64,000 nucleotides of DNA from Candidatus Poribacteria bacterium (lineage in GTDB: Bacteria > Poribacteria > WGA-4E > WGA-3G). The notes under the pieces are model-generated. The model did no database searches. It worked only from the letters and a program-made list of their open reading frames with translations, and was not told the DNA's origin. The DNA lies in NCBI GenBank assembly GCA_965242965.1, contig OZ251518.1, forward strand, positions 4,192,001 through 4,256,000, written 5' to 3'. Both the position numbers and the translations under genes were made by a program. Of the stretch, positions 59,165-64,000 are shown piece by piece (the first letter of the stretch is position 1; every line of letters begins with the position of its first letter).

Positions 59165-59735
59165 CCCTCACCGTAGGGCGAGGGCCTGTCCCTTGCCATC
59201 GTTCGCGCGCCAGGCACTGTATGTCAGGATCGCCTGATCCTGACCCGTTTGTGATCAGGCGATCACAAACTACAGCGGGGGAAACACACATCGGGACGAT
59301 GGCGATCGCGGGGGCCTGTCCCCCGCGCTACGATAAAAAAAACGGTTCTTGAGCGATCGCGGGGGACAGGCCCCGCGCTACGGTGAAAAAACGCCGCCCC
59401 TTCACGTAGGGCGAGGGCCCTCGCATGCCACCCGCGCAGGCGAGCGGGTTTCCCTCGCTATGCGTTTGGGGGTCGGCCCGCATCCCCCCTGTAGGTCAAG
59501 ATCGCCTGATCTTGACCCGTTCGGGATCAGGCGCACCCGAACTACAGGGCGAGAGTGCGCCCCGCCTGTAGTTCAGGAGGGCCTGCTCCTGACTTGGTTG
59601 TGCTCAGGCGATTGCAAACGACAGCGGGCGGCAGAAATCGAGACCGGGAGGTCTCTCCTACGGGGGAGTCGAGACCGGGAGGTCTCTCCTACCGGCAGAA
59701 ATCGAGACAGGTAGGAGGGACATCCTTGTCCCGAT
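59165..59735. repeat. REP cluster
   Basis: At least five REP families in mosaic. Confidence 0.75.
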
Positions 59736-59783
59736 AGGCACATCAAGTTCATCGAGCCCTACAGACAGAACGGAAAACTGGGG

Positions 59784-60548
59784 TTACCACGCCACCCAAC
59801 CGCCATCAACCGCAATGGTTTGTCCTGTCACCCAGTTCGCCGCCTCGGATGCGAGAAATAAGACGGCACCGACGACTTCGTCGACTTCGCCGACGCGCCC
59901 CATCGGGATACGTCTAACGACATCTTCGTAAAATTCCTTCCGCTGCAAGAGGACATCCGCAAGCGGCGTGCGCGTAAATGCCGGGGCAACAGCGTTGACG
60001 GTGACGTTATGCGGTGCCCACTCCACGGCGAGCCCTTTCGTTAACAGCACAACGCCACCCTTACTGCCTGAATACGCCGTGCGCAACGGGCCGCCCACCA
60101 ATCCCATCGTTGATGAGATGTTGATGATCTTCCCGTTTTTCCGCGCTATCATCGGTTTGACGAGCGTCTGCGTCAAAAAGAATAGCCCTTTCAGATTGAG
60201 ATCATAGATAGCATCCCAATCTTCCTCGCTCAGTTCAAGGGCTGGTTTCGGACGGTTAGTCCCCGCGTTGTTGACGAGGACATCAATGCGGCCCCACACC
60301 TCAATGGCGGCTTGCGCGCCGCGGGCTATTTCGTCCATGTTACTCACATCAAATACCACCGGTTCGGCTTCACCGCCGTTGGCGCGAATCTCGCTCGCGA
60401 CTTCTTCCAAGTCGGAAAGCGTTCGGCTATTCAAGAGAATCTTCGCGCCCATCTGCGCAGCGGCGATGGCGATGCCTCTGCCAATGCCTTTGCCGGAACC
60501 AGTGACGAGCATCACTTTGTCCTTCAATTCAAATCCTGGAAATGCCAT
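59784..60548 (-). CDS. Short-chain dehydrogenase/reductase
   Basis: TGSGKGIG, NNAG, YSGSK (YxxxK), VDGG. Confidence 0.92.
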   Translation of the reverse strand: MAFPGFELKDKVMLVTGSGKGIGRGIAIAAAQMGAKILLNSRTLSDLEEVASEIRANGGEAEPVVFDVSNMDEIARGAQAAIEVWGRIDVLVNNAGTNRPKPALELSEEDWDAIYDLNLKGLFFLTQTLVKPMIARKNGKIINISSTMGLVGGPLRTAYSGSKGGVVLLTKGLAVEWAPHNVTVNAVAPAFTRTPLADVLLQRKEFYEDVVRRIPMGRVGEVDEVVGAVLFLASEAANWVTGQTIAVDGGWVAW

Positions 60549-60607
60549 AGTTTACCTCAATTTTCGGTAGTGATGCGCGGTTTCAAACCGCGCCTACCAG
60601 TAAATTC

Positions 60608-61525
60608 TTAAACACTTTCGTTAGGCGCGCTTGGGAAGCGCGCTCTTGCTAGTTTCAATGTGTTTGCTAATAACATCGCGCGCGTCATCGGGCCCACACC
60701 GCCCGGCACCGGTGTGATAAACCCGGCAACCTTCGCTACCTCGGCGAATTTGACATCGCCGACGAGGCGATTGTCAACAGTGTCAACGGCGTTAATGCCG
60801 ACATCAATGACGATTGCGCCCGGCTTCACCATGTCAGCCGTAATCATTTCGGGTTTGCCGACAGCGACGACGAGAATGTCTGCCGATTGTGTCACCGCCG
60901 CCAGATTGTTTGTCCGTGAATGGCAATAGGTGACGGTAGCGTGGCGGTTGAGGAGCATCAAACCAACCGGCTTTCCGACGAGTTGACTCCTGCCGATACA
61001 AACGGCGTGCTTGCCCGCAATCGGCTGTCCTGTGGCTTCGATGAGGCGGATAATCCCCGCCGGCGTGCACGGCGTAATCCGTTCCCTGTCAATGAGTAAA
61101 TTCCCTAAATTGACAGGTGTGAGTCCATCGGCATCCTTATCTGGCGCGATGGCATCAATAACCGCTTGTGTCTCTATGCTTTCGGGCAAAGGCATCTGCA
61201 CCAAGATGCCGTGGATATCCTGCCGTTCGTTGAGACTTTCAACGTGCTGAATGAGCCGCCGTTGCGGAATCTCCGCTGGCAATCGGTGGACTTCTGAATG
61301 GAAATGCACCTTCTCACAATCACGCTGTTTGTGTCGGATATAAATCGTTGAGGCCGGGTCTTCGCCGACTTGCACGACAGCGAGCCCTGGCGTAAACGTG
61401 AGTGTTTTCAGTGCCTTGCGAATCTGGCTACGGACGCGCTTTGCGAGAAGAGTGCCGTTGAGGAGCGTCGCTGACAAGTTTTTTGTCTTTCGCAATGCGT
61501 TTGGTAACGGTTCTGGTGCAATCAC
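60608..61525 (-). CDS. folD: Bifunctional methylene-THF dehydrogenase/cyclohydrolase
   Basis: PGLAVVQVGEDPAS, QMPLP, KDADGL, PCTPAG, GRSQLVGKP, TPVPGGVGPMT; GTG start after GGAGG. Confidence 0.95.
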   Translation of the reverse strand: MIAPEPLPNALRKTKNLSATLLNGTLLAKRVRSQIRKALKTLTFTPGLAVVQVGEDPASTIYIRHKQRDCEKVHFHSEVHRLPAEIPQRRLIQHVESLNERQDIHGILVQMPLPESIETQAVIDAIAPDKDADGLTPVNLGNLLIDRERITPCTPAGIIRLIEATGQPIAGKHAVCIGRSQLVGKPVGLMLLNRHATVTYCHSRTNNLAAVTQSADILVVAVGKPEMITADMVKPGAIVIDVGINAVDTVDNRLVGDVKFAEVAKVAGFITPVPGGVGPMTRAMLLANTLKLARARFPSAPNESV

Positions 61526-61560
61526 GTCTCCCTCCGTATATCTGTTTTTGATGCTAAATT

Positions 61561-61861
61561 GAGGGTGTTTCATAAATCGCTCAACGTCGCGGGGGAACCC
61601 GCTCGGATGCGCGTGTGGCATCCGAGGCCCCCGCGCTCCGGTGAAAAAAACGCTTCCCCTTCACGTAGGGCGGTGGGAAAACCTGTCCCTCGCCATGCGT
61701 TTGGCTGGCAGACTGCATCCCCCCTGTAGGGCAAGATCGCCTGATCTTGACCCGTTCGGGAGCGGGTGCTCCCGAACTACAGAGGTGTGCCCAATACCTT
61801 CAGGGATTCGCCCGCCTTCCAAGGCAGGATAAATACCGAAACGGAGTTATGAAACATCCTC
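61561..61861. mobile_element. MITE-like element with REP modules
   Basis: GAGGGTGTTTCATA ... TATGAAACATCCTC; 8-bp direct repeat GCTAAATT. Confidence 0.82.
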
Positions 61862-61903
61862 GCTAAATTAGAAACCTTGACGAACGCTTTGCGCCAATAC
61901 AAA

Positions 61904-63907
61904 CTACTTATCATTCAGGCGTTTCAACTGTTCCTCAAGGAAGCGCGTCACGGCATCGGCATCGGTGGCTTGGAAGCCGAGAGTGCCGGCCTCCTCAATC
62001 AGAATTGCCATCTGCACCGGGTTGTTTGTGAGCAGTCGCCTTGCCTCTTTGTAATAGCCCGCGGCGAGTTCGTTTTCACCTTGTTCTTGATGAATAACGG
62101 CGAGGTAAATATAAGCGGCGGCGAGCCGTGGGGACTGAGGCCGAATCTGGATAAACTCCTCAAAAGCGAAGCGCGCCTCCGGGTAACGCCTGTCGTCATA
62201 GTGGACGCGCCCGATGCGGAATTGCGCCCGGTCGGCGAAACTATCTTTATACCCGCCGGCGAGGTACCGGTCGCGTTCCGGATACCCGATGGTTGTTTGG
62301 TATGCCTGTAGTGCCTCGTTATAGCGGCGCAGTTTTCGGTAGAGTTCGCCGAGTTGAAAATTCGCCATCATCGCCTGTAGCGCGTTTGGGTGTTCCTTGA
62401 TAACCTTTTCATAAGCGGCGAGTGCCTCGTTTGGCGCGGCGAGTTGTTCGGCGTAAACCAGCCCGGTGCGATAGAGTGCCTCGGCGGTATGAGGCAATTC
62501 CGGATATTTCTCGGCGACTTCCCGATATGCTTCAATCGCCTTTGGGTAATCCGCTAAGTGCCGTTCATAGATGGTGCCGATTTGTAGCAGTGCCCTCGCG
62601 TTTTCGGCATTGCGTAACGCGCCGTTCTCAATTTTCGCGCGCAGGTTTTGAATAGCGGCGCGATGTTCAAGGGCACGGAGTTGCGCGGCTGCAGCCGCCG
62701 CGTCAGGTGTCTCGGGTGCCGTAGCGATGAGATTCCGGGCGATACTCAGCGCGTCGTCAAAATTGGCCGCCGCAACTGCTTTTTCCAACCGTTCATTCTC
62801 CATTTTGGACATCTCCTCCTCAAGTTTTTCGATTTTGGCGTGCAGGAGTGCTTTCACCTCAGTGACACTTTTATCATACATGGAGATTTGCCCTAAATAG
62901 CCGGGCTCAAGGTGTGGCAAATAGGCGTAAAGGAAGGTTTTGAACGCCGCAACCGCCTTCGGATAGTTTTGCGCTGTTTCATGACACACGCCTGTCCAAT
63001 AGAGCACGGCGTGCATATTCCAAAAGTTCGGATATTTCCGTTGGAGTGCATCAAAAACGGCGAGTGCCTGCGGAATCTCCTCGGCGGCGCGATAGATATT
63101 CGCAATCTGGTAAAGTGCCTCGGCGGCGAAATTGCTGGTAGGATAGGTATCGGCGACTTTTTGGTATGCGTCAATAGCCGCTGGCAATTGATGGAGCGCG
63201 GTGTGCTTTAAATGCGCAATCCGCCACTGCGCTTCCGGCGCGACGATGGCATCGGGGTGTGTCCCTAGCAGTGTTTCATACACCTCAATCGCCTTTTCCG
63301 GCCGGTTGAGTTGGGACGGGTTGCGGTAGAGTTCGGCTATCTGAAATTGCGCGAGGGCAGCGAGCGGTGTGCCGTGGTGCGTGCGCGCGAGTTCCTGTTG
63401 CACATGCAGCGATGCCAATGCCGTGCGGATGTCCCGAATCTTCTGTAAACCGGTCTTGTGGACGAAATGGGTGGCCGGAGCCAACTCCACAAGTGCATGG
63501 TAAGTCTGGATTGCCGCCTTGTATTTGCCCATTCGGCTGTAGACATCGCCTTTCTTGATGGAGGCGAGGAAGAGTTCCTCACTTGCGAGCCCTTTTTGCT
63601 CAAGCCGCAAGATCTTGTCGTAAGCCGCCACCGCTTGAGGATACTGCTGCGTGTAGCGGTAGTAAATTTCGCCGATCTGGTAGTAGCACCAACTTTGCAC
63701 GTCGACGTTTGCGTCGGACCGGGCGAGCGCGTCCAGTTTTGTAATTGCCTCTGGGTAGCGTTTGTCCCGAATTAAAGCATTTACCTCATCAACTTGCGCG
63801 CGCGCGCCAGCGAGCAGCGTCAGGCTAAAAAGGAACATCAGCAGCGTGAGGAGTGTCGGCATTTTGCCGCGCTGAGTTTTCGGGTGAACTGATTTTCGCG
63901 TTCGCAT
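61904..63907 (-). CDS. Secreted tetratricopeptide-repeat protein (BamD/YbgF-like repeats)
   Basis: Signal peptide; repeated A.EALY.IA/G...A..AY..V...YP; start may be ATG 63862. Confidence 0.85.
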   Translation of the reverse strand: MRTRKSVHPKTQRGKMPTLLTLLMFLFSLTLLAGARAQVDEVNALIRDKRYPEAITKLDALARSDANVDVQSWCYYQIGEIYYRYTQQYPQAVAAYDKILRLEQKGLASEELFLASIKKGDVYSRMGKYKAAIQTYHALVELAPATHFVHKTGLQKIRDIRTALASLHVQQELARTHHGTPLAALAQFQIAELYRNPSQLNRPEKAIEVYETLLGTHPDAIVAPEAQWRIAHLKHTALHQLPAAIDAYQKVADTYPTSNFAAEALYQIANIYRAAEEIPQALAVFDALQRKYPNFWNMHAVLYWTGVCHETAQNYPKAVAAFKTFLYAYLPHLEPGYLGQISMYDKSVTEVKALLHAKIEKLEEEMSKMENERLEKAVAAANFDDALSIARNLIATAPETPDAAAAAAQLRALEHRAAIQNLRAKIENGALRNAENARALLQIGTIYERHLADYPKAIEAYREVAEKYPELPHTAEALYRTGLVYAEQLAAPNEALAAYEKVIKEHPNALQAMMANFQLGELYRKLRRYNEALQAYQTTIGYPERDRYLAGGYKDSFADRAQFRIGRVHYDDRRYPEARFAFEEFIQIRPQSPRLAAAYIYLAVIHQEQGENELAAGYYKEARRLLTNNPVQMAILIEEAGTLGFQATDADAVTRFLEEQLKRLNDK

Positions 63908-63909
63908 CG

Positions 63910-63999
63910 TCAATATCCTTCTACAGTGCTAGGGAGGTTCTGCAGATGTGTATTCGCCACCTGCACCCAGTTCGTGCCTTGCGCTTGCTCCTTCATGCG
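63910..63999 (-). CDS. 3' end of an upstream gene truncated by the window edge
   Basis: Open frame RMKEQAQGTNWVQVANTHLQNLPSTVEGY* ending next to the TPR gene start. Confidence 0.4.
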   Translation of the reverse strand, partial: RMKEQAQGTNWVQVANTHLQNLPSTVEGY

Positions 64000-64000
64000 C

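Noticed and set aside
1-64000. tRNA, rRNA, transposase or integrase genes
   Set aside because: None recognised

Overview
Bacterial genomic window, probably Candidatus Poribacteria. This is an inference from three LamG proteins ending in KLATTWG-like tails, a WD40 protein with a 'LLANYPNPFNPETWIP' C-terminal domain and dense intergenic REP clusters. The centre (~26.8-45.2 kb) is a type III-D CRISPR-Cas locus: cas10 with GGDD, csx10, cas11, three cas7, csx19 and cas6. Two + strand arrays (18 and 22 repeats of 37 bp) bracket it and share both leader and trailer. It has no cas1, only a cas2 fragment, and carries unusual accessory genes: a CARF-HEPN-CARF protein, a CARF protein with an unknown C-terminal domain, a stand-alone HEPN-like protein with no recognisable sensor, an S1/OB-tailed helical protein and an acidic ORF behind array 2. 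The rest is housekeeping or secreted-protein genes: kdsB, pyrG, folD, TRAP and SSS transporters, sulfatase, MTase-Mrr fusion, toxin-antitoxin pair, FRG-TPR, S55-like paralogs and a coiled-coil repeat protein. Two non-coding features stand out. (i) A non-autonomous element family with 14-bp TIRs and 8-11 bp target duplications carries variable mosaics of many GTAG-type REP palindromes. (ii) A ~300-nt conserved element with compensatory base changes occurs twice (~2.85-3.14 kb and ~53.82-54.19 kb), each time just downstream of a sigma70-like promoter in the leader of an unrelated gene, and is a candidate novel structured RNA. All family assignments come from motif recognition by eye, not database searches.
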